Positions 17,625 to 27,543 of a stretch of DNA of 45,063 nt are shown here, piece by piece. The notes under the pieces are model-generated. The model worked only from the letters and a program-made list of their open reading frames with translations. It ran no database searches and was not told the origin of the DNA. The stretch is from Proteobacteria bacterium UBA7420 (lineage in GTDB: Bacteria; Pseudomonadota; Gammaproteobacteria; Magnimaribacterales; D2472). Each line of letters opens with the position of its first letter. Position 1 is the first letter of the stretch. The position numbers and the translations under genes are program-made. The stretch is taken from contig DKMG01000095.1 in NCBI GenBank assembly GCA_002469975.1, positions 1 through 45,063 on the forward strand, given 5' to 3'.

Positions 17625-18491
17625 CTAAATTGCCATAGGAGCCTTGATGGCTGGATGCGGTGCGTAATTCTTTAATACAAAATCATCAATACAAAGACGA
17701 TCCAGATCATTGATGGATTCAATGTTTGGCATGATCAATTGGGGCAATGTTTTGGGCTCTCTTTTGAGTTGCTCACGAGCTTGCTCAATAGTATTTTTAT
17801 AAATATGAGCATCACCAAAGGTATGAACAAAGTCGCCCACCTCTAAATTTAAGATATTTGCTAAAATTGATTGAAGCAGGGCATAGCTGGCTATATTAAA
17901 CGGAACTCCTAGAAACATATCCGCACTGCGTTGGTACATCTGACATGACAGCCTGCCATTCGTCGAAACATAAAATTGAGACATGACATGGCAAGGCGGC
18001 AATGCCATAGAATCTATCTGCCCAACATTCCAAGCACTCAAAATATGCCTTCTTCCCATAGGATTAGAATGAAGAGCGGCAATCAATTCATGAATCTGAT
18101 CTTTACCCCCCCAATCCCTCCATTGCACCCCATATATAGGACCCAGTTTTTTGATGGTGCGAGAATTTATATAGCCCAGATCAACCCCTTGATTGTTTGC
18201 ATTGTCAGTCCAAATAGTAGAAAACTTATCTAAATCAGTGAGCTCATCTCTGTTTTTCTGAAATCTAATCTCAGCAAGTCGACGCTCGTCATCAGAGCCT
18301 TCCAAAAACCAAAGTAACTCTGACACAACGCCCTTCCAAGCCAGAGTCTTTGTGGTGACAGCTGGAAAGCCATCCTGTAAATTAAAACGAAGCTGGTGCC
18401 CAAACGATGATAAAACTCCAGTGCCAGTTCGGTCATCTCGACTCTCACCATTTTCAAGAATGTACTCTAAGAGCTCAAGATATTGCTTCAT
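17625..18491 (-). CDS. thyA: Thymidylate synthase (ThyA, long form about 288 aa)
   Basis: DRTGTGVLSSFG, LPPCHVMSQFYV (catalytic Cys) and DAHIYKN motifs. 1-nt gap to folA. Confidence 0.95.
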   Translation of the reverse strand: MKQYLELLEYILENGESRDDRTGTGVLSSFGHQLRFNLQDGFPAVTTKTLAWKGVVSELLWFLEGSDDERRLAEIRFQKNRDELTDLDKFSTIWTDNANNQGVDLGYINSRTIKKLGPIYGVQWRDWGGKDQIHELIAALHSNPMGRRHILSAWNVGQIDSMALPPCHVMSQFYVSTNGRLSCQMYQRSADMFLGVPFNIASYALLQSILANILNLEVGDFVHTFGDAHIYKNTIEQAREQLKREPKTLPQLIMPNIESINDLDRLCIDDFVLKNYAPHPAIKAPMAI

Positions 18492-19281
18492 ATTTTTTTA
18501 GTGACTTGATAAGTAATATCAGGCCAATCACAAACATCGGAATGCTTAGTATCTGACCCATGCTTAATTGTAATGTAATAAAGCCCATGTGAGCATCGGG
18601 CTGCCTAAAGAACTCAATAAAAAATCTAATAACGCCATAGCCCATCAGAAAACAACCACTTAACACTCCAGTTTTATTTGTATTTTTGCCCACCCAGATT
18701 AATAACAAGAATAGAATTATTCCTTCAAACAACATTTCATATAGCTGTGAAGGGTGCCTAGGTAATCCATAAGGATCTGTTGGAAAAATAAAACCCCAGC
18801 TTGCATCTGTGGGTCGCCCATAAAGCTCTCCATTTAAGAAATTACCAATTCTCACAAGACCCAATCCAATTGGCATAGCTGCACACACAGCATCTGCTAA
18901 CCTTAGAAAAGAGATCGCCTGTTTAAGGGAATAGACATAAAGACTAGCAATAACGCCTATGAGCCCACCATGGAAACTTAAGCCACCTTCCCACACGAAA
19001 AATAAGCTTAAGGGGTTGCTCGCAAGCTGATCTAGGCCGTAAAAGAACATGTAGCCCATTCTTCCACCAAGCATGGCTCCAAATATTAACCCATAGAGAA
19101 AGACGATGTCATTCGCCTGCTCTTCAGATAATCCAAGCTCTTTAATAATGGCATGATTCTTTAAATATTGAAAAATGAAGACCGCAGACAGTACCCATGT
19201 CACGGCATAGTATTGGATTTTAATAAATCCAATATTTATAAGACTAGGGTTATTAAAAAATTCTGAGAGCTCTACAATCAA
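18475..19281 (-). CDS. lgt: Prolipoprotein diacylglyceryl transferase
   Basis: GGLSFHGGLIG, GRIGNFLNGELYGR and RHPSQLYE motifs. Conserved lgt-thyA adjacency. TTG start. Confidence 0.9.
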   Translation of the reverse strand: MIVELSEFFNNPSLINIGFIKIQYYAVTWVLSAVFIFQYLKNHAIIKELGLSEEQANDIVFLYGLIFGAMLGGRMGYMFFYGLDQLASNPLSLFFVWEGGLSFHGGLIGVIASLYVYSLKQAISFLRLADAVCAAMPIGLGLVRIGNFLNGELYGRPTDASWGFIFPTDPYGLPRHPSQLYEMLFEGIILFLLLIWVGKNTNKTGVLSGCFLMGYGVIRFFIEFFRQPDAHMGFITLQLSMGQILSIPMFVIGLILLIKSLKKYEAIS

Positions 19282-20081
19282 TTTACTGCCACCATAATTC
19301 CAACCAGCATTAAAAAGACTCCAAATAAAATTTTGAGGGTCCGTTCAGGAATAGAGTGACTGATGCTAGCGCCAACCTTGGCTGTAATAATACTTGCGCA
19401 AGCAATTCCTAGGACTGCAGGCCAAAAAATAAACCCTGATGTCATGTGAGGCAGCCCAAGATGATCTTTGCCAAAATACATGTAACCAACAGCTCCGGCT
19501 ATGGCAATGGGAGCACCACACGCTGCAGCAGTGCCTATTCCTTTTCTGATATTGTATCCTCCAGCAATCAGCAGAGGTGTTGTAAACGAGCCTCCTCCAA
19601 TACCAATAATTGCTGAAAGACCGCCAATCCAAGTTCCATGCAAGGGAGCAGTTAGTCTGGAGACAATAACTATTTTTTTTGTTGGATCCATAAGTAGCTT
19701 AGAGTAATTCAGAACCATGTCTGAGCCAATGCCCAATAGAAAAAGCGTAATAATTACTTTTAAGTTATCACCGCTCAAGGATGTTGCATACTTAGCGCCA
19801 AGCAGAGCCCCTAAAACCATACCAGCAGATAAGGGCATCACAAGCCTCCATTCAACACTTTGTTTTAAGTGATGGGAATAAGCTGAGGATAGCGCCGAGA
19901 AAAAAATACTGGCCAAGGATGTCCCAATAGCAAGATAGACCACTATGGAGGAATCAAAACCCATTCGGTAGAACATAAAAATGAGCGCAGGAACTAAAAT
20001 ACTGCCGCCACCTATCCCAAACATACCTGCGAGCAAGCCTGTAAAGCTTCCCAAGAGAAGGAAAAGCAAGAGATCAATCAT
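19278..20081 (-). CDS. TauE/SafE family sulfite/organosulfonate exporter-like membrane protein
   Basis: 267-aa polytopic protein with duplicated G-rich helices (GMFGIGGGSILVP ... IGIGGGSFTTP) typical of TauE/YfcA. Confidence 0.8.
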   Translation of the reverse strand: MIDLLLFLLLGSFTGLLAGMFGIGGGSILVPALIFMFYRMGFDSSIVVYLAIGTSLASIFFSALSSAYSHHLKQSVEWRLVMPLSAGMVLGALLGAKYATSLSGDNLKVIITLFLLGIGSDMVLNYSKLLMDPTKKIVIVSRLTAPLHGTWIGGLSAIIGIGGGSFTTPLLIAGGYNIRKGIGTAAACGAPIAIAGAVGYMYFGKDHLGLPHMTSGFIFWPAVLGIACASIITAKVGASISHSIPERTLKILFGVFLMLVGIMVAVN

Positions 20082-20556
20082 TCGCTACATCTATATATGT
20101 TGCAAGAAATTCATTTAGGACACTTAAATACACTTCCTTTTTAAATGACACAATATGCGAAAGAGGGTACCAAAAGCTTACCCATTTATAGGCAACAAAT
20201 TCCTGCGGCACTTCATTCAATAAATTGATTGTCAGTTTAGTTTTTGCTTTTAATAAAAACCATTTTTGTGTTTGCCCTTTAAATTTTTTCATGACGTCAG
20301 ATCTTTGTTGGTATTTATCGGGGAGATCATATTGATACCAATGCAAACTTTCTTTAATAATTGAGACATCTTTTTTAAGTATCCCGACTTCTTCAAGTAG
20401 CTCTCTGTATGCAGCGATCTTTGTGGATTCTCCAGCATCAATTCCACCTTGTGGAAATTGCCAAGTTTGTTGATCTTTTCTCCGGCAAATCAGTAATTGA
20501 TTTTGCTCATTGAGCACAATTAGGCCAACATTTTTTCTATACAATTTATCATTCAT
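20074..20556 (-). CDS. rppH: RNA pyrophosphohydrolase (Nudix)
   Basis: YRKNVGLIVLN... and Nudix box GGIDAGESTKIAAYRELLEEVGI. 160 aa. Divergent HAD neighbour as in Pseudomonas. Confidence 0.85.
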   Translation of the reverse strand: MNDKLYRKNVGLIVLNEQNQLLICRRKDQQTWQFPQGGIDAGESTKIAAYRELLEEVGILKKDVSIIKESLHWYQYDLPDKYQQRSDVMKKFKGQTQKWFLLKAKTKLTINLLNEVPQEFVAYKWVSFWYPLSHIVSFKKEVYLSVLNEFLATYIDVAND

Positions 20557-20572
20557 GTTAGATTAACCCCTT

Positions 20573-21241
20573 ATGAACAACCCTTCTTTAGTAATTTTTG
20601 ATTTAGATAATACCATTTTAAATGGTGATTCAGATTATGCGATGATTAATTATTTAGTTCATACCAATGTGCTTGATGAGAGTGCAGGCAAGCAAAATAA
20701 AATATTTATTGACGACTATCAAAGAGGTGAATTAGATTTTGATGCTTATACAACTTTTGCCTTGAGTGCATATGTTGGGCTGATCCAATCAGAAATAGAT
20801 GCATACATAACCCCGTTCGTCGCCAAAGTTATCGAGCCCATGATTAATGTTTTCGCACTTAAAATGATCCATGACCATGGCGATCAGGGAGATACCCTCT
20901 TGCTTGCAAGTGCGACCAATGAATTAATTGTCAGGCCGATTGCAAAAAGATTGCAAATACCAAACGTCATTGCGACGCAGGTCGAATTTATAGACGATAA
21001 ATGCTCGGGTGCATATATCCCGCCGTCAGCCCTGGGGGCAGGAAAGCTCAAGCTGGTAAGGCAATGGATGGAGCAGAATGACTATAGTCGATTTGAAGAT
21101 GTAACTTTTTACTCAGATTCAATTAACGATTTACCTCTATTAGAGGCAGTAGGTCATCCTAGGGCTGTGAATCCTGACCCATTACTTGAAAAGATTGCTA
21201 TGGACAGGGGATGGGAGGTTATCGCTCTCCCAACAATTTAG
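20573..21241 (+). CDS. HAD-IB family hydrolase (SerB-like phosphatase)
   Basis: Motif [11 protein letters not shown], motif II LLASATN and motif III-like [12 protein letters not shown]. 222 aa. Confidence 0.75.
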   Translation: MNNPSLVIFDLDNTILNGDSDYAMINYLVHTNVLDESAGKQNKIFIDDYQRGELDFDAYTTFALSAYVGLIQSEIDAYITPFVAKVIEPMINVFALKMIHDHGDQGDTLLLASATNELIVRPIAKRLQIPNVIATQVEFIDDKCSGAYIPPSALGAGKLKLVRQWMEQNDYSRFEDVTFYSDSINDLPLLEAVGHPRAVNPDPLLEKIAMDRGWEVIALPTI

Positions 21242-24084
21242 GCTTCTTCTTTAAAATCAGACATTGATGGGCAGGTGCACATCAAATTTCGATCTCCATA
21301 GACATTATCAATTCTACCAACAGGCGGCCAATATTTATTTTTATCACGATTGGCTGCTGGATAGGCCGCGACAGATCGCGGATATTTATAGTTCCAATTA
21401 TCGCTGGTCACCACTTCTGCACAATGTGGCGCATTCCTCAGAGGGCTATCTTCAATTGCATAATGTTTATCTTCTACATCACGTATTTCTTGCCTAATGC
21501 TAATCATGGCATCAATAAATCTATCCAGCTCCACAAGAGACTCACTTTCTGTGGGCTCAATCATCAAGGTGCCCGGCACTGGGAAGGACATGGTGGGCGC
21601 ATGAAATCCAAAATCTACCAAACGCTTCGCTATGTCATCAACCTCAACCCCGCATAGCTCTTTTAATGGACGAATATCTAAAATGCACTCATGCGCTATG
21701 AGTCCATTCTGGCCTGTGTACAAAACTTTGTAATGTGGACTGAGCTTATGCGCAATATAATTTGCACTGAGAATTGCTATTTGAGTGGCCCTTCTTAGCC
21801 CGGTGGCTCCCATCATCTGAATATACATCCAGCTAATAGGTAAAATAGATGCACTGCCAAAATTTGTTGCAGAGACAGGCCCAACATTTTCTGAGGAAGC
21901 GTCATAGCTTAAGGGGTCGGAGGGTAAATGTGGCACCAAGTCTTTAACCACGCCAATGGGTCCAACACCAGGACCACCACCACCATGAGGAATACAGAAA
22001 GTTTTATGTAAATTTAAATGGGATACATCGCCGCCAAACTCTCCAGGTTTACACAGCCCAACCATGGCATTGAGATTAGCCCCATCAATATAAACTTTAC
22101 CGCCATGCGAATGAATGATGTCACATACTTCGGTCACAGTTGTTTCAAAGACCCCATGAGTAGAAGGGTAGGTGATCATGATCGCCGCCAATTCATTTGA
22201 GTATTTTTCTGCTTTATTGGTGAGATCTTCGAGATCAATATTCCCTTTTTTGTCGCAACTCACTGGCACCACTTTCATGCCTGCCATTTGTGCTGATGCT
22301 GGGTTAGTACCGTGCGCAGACTCTGGAATTAGACATATTTTTCTTTGATGATCATTGTTAGCTCTGTGAAAAGCATCAATGGCTAGCAATCCTGCGTACT
22401 CACCTTGAGATCCAGCATTGGGTTGCAATGAAATAGCGGCATAGCCTGTAATAGTTGCTAATTGAGCTTCAAGCCCGCTCACTAATTCTTGATAGCCTTT
22501 GGTCTGATCGGCTGGAGCATAAGGATGAATATTTGAAAATTCTTCCCAGCCCACTGGAATCATTTCAGAGGTTGCATTGAGTTTCATGGTGCAAGAACCA
22601 AGCGGAATCATAGCTCGATCTAAAGCAATATCTTTGTCATAGAGCTTTCTGATATAGCGCAACATCTCTGTCTCAGTTCGATACAAATGAAAGACTGGAT
22701 GCGTGAGGTAAGGCGAGGTTCTGGTGAGAGGAGTTGGAATTCCAAATTCCTCCTTGCTTTGCTCGGGACTTTGAGAGCCAGCAAATAAATTGATTAATGC
22801 GTCTACTGCTTCAGCAGTGGTCGTTTCATCTAGAGAGATAATCAGTAGATCTCCAGCGCACCGAATATTTATTTCTTGCGCTTGAGCCGCCTCATGAATT
22901 GATCGGGCTGAACCATAGGCTTGAATACACACGGTATCAAAAAAATGCCTTGCTCTTAATTCAAATCCATTGGCTCTAACCGACTCAGCTAACCTGATAG
23001 CTTTGTTATTAATGGTTTGTGCAATTTGCTTAAGACCCTCTGGTCCATGATAAGCAGCATAAAATCCAGCCATGATGGCTAGTAATGCTTGGGCGGTGCA
23101 TATGTTGCTCGTGGCTTTCTCTCGTCTGATGTGCTGCTCTCTGGTTTGCAGGGCTAGTCGATAGGCCGTCTTACCATGCTCATCAATAGATGCGCCTACA
23201 AGCCTTCCAGGCAATGATCTTTTATAAGCTTCTTTGGTGGCCATGAAGGCTGCATGAGGTCCGCCAAAGCCAAGAGGCACTCCAAATCTTTGAGAGCTAC
23301 CAATTGCAATATCAGCCCCAAGCTCTCCCGGACTTTTTAGGAGGGTTAAGGCCATCAGATCTGTGGCCATAATCACCAGGCCATTATGGTTATGCAGATT
23401 CTCGATTGCGGCAGCATAATCACAGATTTCACCATGATTATTTGGGTATTGAATCAAGGCCCCAAAATACATTTCTTCAGACAGATCTTCTAAGGATTGA
23501 GGGTCTCCAATGATCACCTCTATGCCTATGGGTTTAGCTCGGGCACTAACCACGGCAATGGTTTGAGGGAAACAGTTCTCATCTATAAAGAATTTTTGAG
23601 ACTTTGATTTACCAACTCTTGAGACCAAGGTCATAGCTTCAGCTGCTGCAGTCGCCTCATCAAGCAAAGAGGCATTAGCGATCTCTAATCCTGTGAGATC
23701 TCCAACCATCGTTTGAAAGTTTATGAGCGCCTCAAGCCTGCCTTGAGAAATCTCAGGTTGATAAGGTGTATATGAGGTATACCATCCTGGGTTTTCAAAT
23801 ACATTTCTCAAGATTACCTTTGGGGTAATGGTCCCGTAGTAGCCTTGCCCAAGAAATGACTTAAAGACATGATTTTTTTTAGCGATCTTCTTTAATGCTT
23901 GCAGGGCTTCTTCTTCAGACATGGGCGTGCTTAATGCGAGATCGTCCTCAATAAAAATATTTTCGGGTAAGACAGATTTGGAGAAATCTTCTAGGCTGAC
24001 ATAGCCGAGCTCAGTTAACAGCGAGTCAACGTTGGCTTGGTTTAAACCCAGGTGCCTGAGGGCAAAATTATTATAGTGATCCAT
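21238..24084 (-). CDS. gcvP: Glycine dehydrogenase (decarboxylating), single-chain P protein
   Basis: 948 aa with [16 protein letters not shown] and [18 protein letters not shown] (PLP lysine) motifs. Confidence 0.96.
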   Translation of the reverse strand: MDHYNNFALRHLGLNQANVDSLLTELGYVSLEDFSKSVLPENIFIEDDLALSTPMSEEEALQALKKIAKKNHVFKSFLGQGYYGTITPKVILRNVFENPGWYTSYTPYQPEISQGRLEALINFQTMVGDLTGLEIANASLLDEATAAAEAMTLVSRVGKSKSQKFFIDENCFPQTIAVVSARAKPIGIEVIIGDPQSLEDLSEEMYFGALIQYPNNHGEICDYAAAIENLHNHNGLVIMATDLMALTLLKSPGELGADIAIGSSQRFGVPLGFGGPHAAFMATKEAYKRSLPGRLVGASIDEHGKTAYRLALQTREQHIRREKATSNICTAQALLAIMAGFYAAYHGPEGLKQIAQTINNKAIRLAESVRANGFELRARHFFDTVCIQAYGSARSIHEAAQAQEINIRCAGDLLIISLDETTTAEAVDALINLFAGSQSPEQSKEEFGIPTPLTRTSPYLTHPVFHLYRTETEMLRYIRKLYDKDIALDRAMIPLGSCTMKLNATSEMIPVGWEEFSNIHPYAPADQTKGYQELVSGLEAQLATITGYAAISLQPNAGSQGEYAGLLAIDAFHRANNDHQRKICLIPESAHGTNPASAQMAGMKVVPVSCDKKGNIDLEDLTNKAEKYSNELAAIMITYPSTHGVFETTVTEVCDIIHSHGGKVYIDGANLNAMVGLCKPGEFGGDVSHLNLHKTFCIPHGGGGPGVGPIGVVKDLVPHLPSDPLSYDASSENVGPVSATNFGSASILPISWMYIQMMGATGLRRATQIAILSANYIAHKLSPHYKVLYTGQNGLIAHECILDIRPLKELCGVEVDDIAKRLVDFGFHAPTMSFPVPGTLMIEPTESESLVELDRFIDAMISIRQEIRDVEDKHYAIEDSPLRNAPHCAEVVTSDNWNYKYPRSVAAYPAANRDKNKYWPPVGRIDNVYGDRNLMCTCPSMSDFKEEA

Positions 24085-24150
24085 AAATATTCAAGTAGTT
24101 ATAACAACAACGATTCAACAATTCTAAGGCGAAAGATCTATTTGCTAGAG

Positions 24151-24537
24151 TTAGTCCTCGCAGACTGCACGGTAATCCTCAGGAGAGAGTAAACTCTCAA
24201 CTTCTCCCAAGTCTAACGGGGCCATTTTATAAAACCACCCATCGTCATATGGTGAAGAATTAATAATCTCAGGTTGATCCTCTAAAGTAGGATTCACTTC
24301 TATCACTTCACCAGAAAGAGGAGAGTAAACATCGGATGCCGCTTTAACAGATTCGACAATTGCCGCATCACTTTCAGCATCTATAGATTGTCCAACTTCT
24401 GGTAGCTCCACAAACACAATATCACCCAATAAGTCTTGTGCGTGATCGCTAATCCCCACTGTGACAGTGCCATCGGTCTCTACCCGAACCCACTCATGAG
24501 AAGAAAGAAATTTTAAATCGCCTGGTATGTCACTCAT
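24151..24537 (-). CDS. gcvH: Glycine cleavage system H protein
   Basis: Lipoyl-lysine motif [12 protein letters not shown]. 128 aa. Confidence 0.95.
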   Translation of the reverse strand: MSDIPGDLKFLSSHEWVRVETDGTVTVGISDHAQDLLGDIVFVELPEVGQSIDAESDAAIVESVKAASDVYSPLSGEVIEVNPTLEDQPEIINSSPYDDGWFYKMAPLDLGEVESLLSPEDYRAVCED

Positions 24538-25610
24538 GAAGAAATTTTACCCTTTCTTAAGAATCTAGGCGATATAAAATTAATATTTAATGCTTTATTT
24601 CTTATCATAACCTTGCCGCTCTTTCCAAAGCCTTGATCTACTCTCGCTAATCCAATACTGGCTTCAAGTGTGGGTGAGTAGGTTCCACTCAAGATGATGC
24701 CTTGCCCGTGCTCATGAGAAATTTCATACCCGGGTCTCAGCACGCCTCGGCCTTCTAACATGACCCCAATAATTTTTTGACATGAGCTTTGGTCAATCTC
24801 TAATAAGGATTGTTTGCCAATAAAATCTCTTGAGTCATCTGCAGTATCAATGGTCCAGGCTAAATTAGACTCATAGGGATGATGAGTAACGGTCATGTCA
24901 TTGCCATAGAGATTTAACCCAGCCTCAAGTCTCAGAGTATCTCTTGCACCTAGCCCAATCGGCACGCAGCCCTTCTCTAGTGCTGCATTCCAAAAGCTTA
25001 GTATGTCATCGTTAGGAACAATTAACTCCAAGCCATCTTCACCGGTATAGCCTGTTCGAGCATACAGATGATCGCCTTCAAACATACATCCAAAGGTCTC
25101 TAAATCCTTGATGGAATCAGAGATTTCATCCATAGCTAAGAGCGTTTCAACAGCTTTGGGGCCTTGTATGGCTAAAATCCCCATGTCCGATCTTTCAATC
25201 ACCTCAACTCCAAACTCAGCAGCATATTTTTTATACCATGCAGCATTTTGCTCTCGCGTAGAACAGTTAGAAACCAGTCTGAATTTCTCGTCAGCATGGT
25301 AAATAATAAGGTCATCCAAGATTCCGCCATCCTCATTTAGAATGACCCCGTAGAGAGCCTTATTGGCACTGGCTATCTTTTTAATATCATTAGCAAATAT
25401 CTTTTCAAAAAATCCTATCTGATCGCCACCATTGAAATCAAAGACTGCCATGTGTGAGACATCAAAAATACCAACAGATTTTCTAACCGCATGATGCTCT
25501 TCCATCAAAGAAGAGTAGCTAATAGGCATATCCCATTGGGCAAAATTTACCATTTTTGCACCCAAGGCCTTGTGTGAAGCATGCAAGGTAGTTTTTTTTG
25601 GCTCAGTCAT
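24534..25610 (-). CDS. gcvT: Aminomethyltransferase (glycine cleavage T protein)
   Basis: [26 protein letters not shown] and [11 protein letters not shown] motifs. 358 aa. ATGA overlap with gcvH. Confidence 0.95.
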   Translation of the reverse strand: MTEPKKTTLHASHKALGAKMVNFAQWDMPISYSSLMEEHHAVRKSVGIFDVSHMAVFDFNGGDQIGFFEKIFANDIKKIASANKALYGVILNEDGGILDDLIIYHADEKFRLVSNCSTREQNAAWYKKYAAEFGVEVIERSDMGILAIQGPKAVETLLAMDEISDSIKDLETFGCMFEGDHLYARTGYTGEDGLELIVPNDDILSFWNAALEKGCVPIGLGARDTLRLEAGLNLYGNDMTVTHHPYESNLAWTIDTADDSRDFIGKQSLLEIDQSSCQKIIGVMLEGRGVLRPGYEISHEHGQGIILSGTYSPTLEASIGLARVDQGFGKSGKVMIRNKALNINFISPRFLRKGKISS

Positions 25611-25716
25611 TTGATGTATTGGGTATAAAAAGTTTTTAAATCAAAAATAATACTGTTATTTTAACTTATTTCCCTCCTTGTAAGAGGTAACTTTTTTACA
25701 TGTTTATGTTATTCTA

Positions 25717-25735
25717 AATGAGAATGATTCTCATT
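25717..25735. promoter_or_regulatory. Fur box (perfect 9-1-9 palindrome AATGAGAAT-G-ATTCTCATT)
   Basis: The core TGAGAAT-G-ATTCTCA matches the 7-1-7 Fur consensus TGATAAT-N-ATTATCA at 6/7 positions in each half. It ends 25 nt upstream of the ATG of an FTR1 iron permease. Confidence 0.65.
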
Positions 25736-25760
25736 GAAGGAAAATTAAAGGAAGAAGAGT

Positions 25761-26603
25761 ATGGCTGAATTTATCATAGTGTTTCGTGAGGTGTTAGAAG
25801 CCTCATTAGTGGTTGGTATCATTTATCTTTTAATAGAAAAAACCAATCAACCCTCTCACTTTTCCAAGCTTTGGTCCGGGGTCTTCGCATCAATTCTCGC
25901 CAGCATAGCAGTTGGTTTTATAGTGATTCAGGCTAAAAATATATTAGGCAATAACTCGACTCAGGCTTTATTTGAAGCTATTTTCTTATACCTCACAGCA
26001 TTCCTCATTTGGTATGTAATTTTTTGGCTATCAAAAAATGTGAGTGATAAAAAAGTTCTTGAGGGAAAAACTTTGCAGGCCATGGAGCTGTCCTCTATGG
26101 GTGTATTTTTTGTAGTTTTTTTTGCAATCTTGAGAGAAGGGTTTGAAACAGCAATTTTCTTAATTTCTAGCTTTTCCATTACCGGCACTTTTTCATACCT
26201 TGGGTTTATCTCTGGAGCCATGCTTGCAATTTTGATTGGCTATTTGATCGTTGCACAGGGCAGGAAGGTAGATTTAAAAAATGTTTTTAAATATACGACT
26301 CTGTTACTGGTTTTTCTTTCTGCTGGGATGATTGCTTATGGGACGCACGAAGCCGAAGAGTACTTGGTTAAATCAGGCAAAATTGAAAACTCTAAAATTT
26401 ACAGAGTCTGGAATATATTAGAGCCAGCGGAGGTTGTTCCTGGTGTTGGCAAGGTTTCTCATATAATGCATGACAAAGGTGCCATTGGAGTTTTTCTAAA
26501 AGGATTTTTTGGGTACAACAGCAACCCCAATATTCCAGAAGTAATTTTATGGATGCTGGCCATGATCTTTGGACTCAACATGTGGCGACGTTTTTATTAT
26601 TAA
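25761..26603 (+). CDS. FTR1/EfeU-family high-affinity iron permease
   Basis: Two REXXE iron-binding motifs (FREVLEA in TM1, LREGFET in TM4) and 7 predicted TM segments. 280 aa. SD AAGGAAG. Confidence 0.82.
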   Translation: MAEFIIVFREVLEASLVVGIIYLLIEKTNQPSHFSKLWSGVFASILASIAVGFIVIQAKNILGNNSTQALFEAIFLYLTAFLIWYVIFWLSKNVSDKKVLEGKTLQAMELSSMGVFFVVFFAILREGFETAIFLISSFSITGTFSYLGFISGAMLAILIGYLIVAQGRKVDLKNVFKYTTLLLVFLSAGMIAYGTHEAEEYLVKSGKIENSKIYRVWNILEPAEVVPGVGKVSHIMHDKGAIGVFLKGFFGYNSNPNIPEVILWMLAMIFGLNMWRRFYY

Positions 26604-27494
26604 CTAGGAGTCCAGCTGATCCATATTTTGGATTGCCTTGTTCATCTGTCTTTCTCTGGTAGCGTGTTCATTGACTGCCTTTAGCATGGCATCAGTTTTT
26701 TTCTGAAGGTCTTCGGTAGAACTTCCAAAATTTGCAAACTCTTTTTTTAGCTTGCCAAACTCTGTCATGATTTCGCCTGCCCGTTCATTTAATGCAAGAG
26801 TGCGAAAGCCCATATGAACACTGATGAGATAGGCTGCTAGGGAATTTGGGCCCATAATCAGCACTCTGTTGTCCCTAAAGATTTCTTCCCTGATGTTACC
26901 AATGGAGTCGATGAGCTGCATCAAAGATTCGCTTGGTATATACATAATTCCCAAATCGACAGTCACACCTGATTGCATGTATTTACTATTAATGTCCAAG
27001 GCATCCTTAAAGACATGCCTGCGAATATCATCAATCGCTTTTTTAATTAGCTGGGCATCACTATTATCCACAGCCGCAAGGTAACTATCGAAGAGACCTG
27101 AGGGAAATTTAGCATCTATGGGCAAGAGCAATCCCTCGGGGAGCTTGATGGCAAATTCCACTCTTTTACCAGATCCAACAATCACTTCTGCATTTGCTGT
27201 GTATTGATTGGCATGGAAGATATCTTTGATGATGGCATCGAGAGACCACTCACCAAATTTCCCGGCCAGAGTGCCGCCCGATAAATATCGATTCAGCTTA
27301 CTGAGAGGGTCTTGAAAGGACTGGATGTCCTTGGATAGATCAAACAAGGTGGCTTCTTGTCTTTCTACTGCTTTATCCAGATCTCTAAGAGATTCTTTCG
27401 AGCTAACAGATGCAGCATCAGGCTTTAAATTTAAATAAATTAAGATCCCCAGCAAGAGGATGATTACAACCAAAAGTATTGATATGTACGCCAC
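26604..27494 (-). CDS. rmuC: DNA recombination protein RmuC (short form)
   Basis: N-terminal TM (ISILLVVIILLLGILIYL) and an RmuC-domain-like C-terminus (VEFAIKLPEGLLLPIDAKFP ... MYIPSESL). GTG start. 296 aa against about 475 aa in E. coli. Confidence 0.72.
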   Translation of the reverse strand: MAYISILLVVIILLLGILIYLNLKPDAASVSSKESLRDLDKAVERQEATLFDLSKDIQSFQDPLSKLNRYLSGGTLAGKFGEWSLDAIIKDIFHANQYTANAEVIVGSGKRVEFAIKLPEGLLLPIDAKFPSGLFDSYLAAVDNSDAQLIKKAIDDIRRHVFKDALDINSKYMQSGVTVDLGIMYIPSESLMQLIDSIGNIREEIFRDNRVLIMGPNSLAAYLISVHMGFRTLALNERAGEIMTEFGKLKKEFANFGSSTEDLQKKTDAMLKAVNEHATRERQMNKAIQNMDQLDS

Positions 27495-27543
27495 TTATTA
27501 CTTTATCCTATAAAATATATTCACCAATATAGCTAATGATACT

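Noticed and set aside
25611-25716. A glycine riboswitch was expected upstream of gcvT.
   Set aside because: The minus-strand leader is extremely AT-rich. It lacks the conserved GGAGAG...CACCG / ACUCUGGAGAG-type aptamer cores, and there is too little G+C to form the P1-P3 helices. Absence should still be confirmed with an Rfam RF00504 covariance-model scan.
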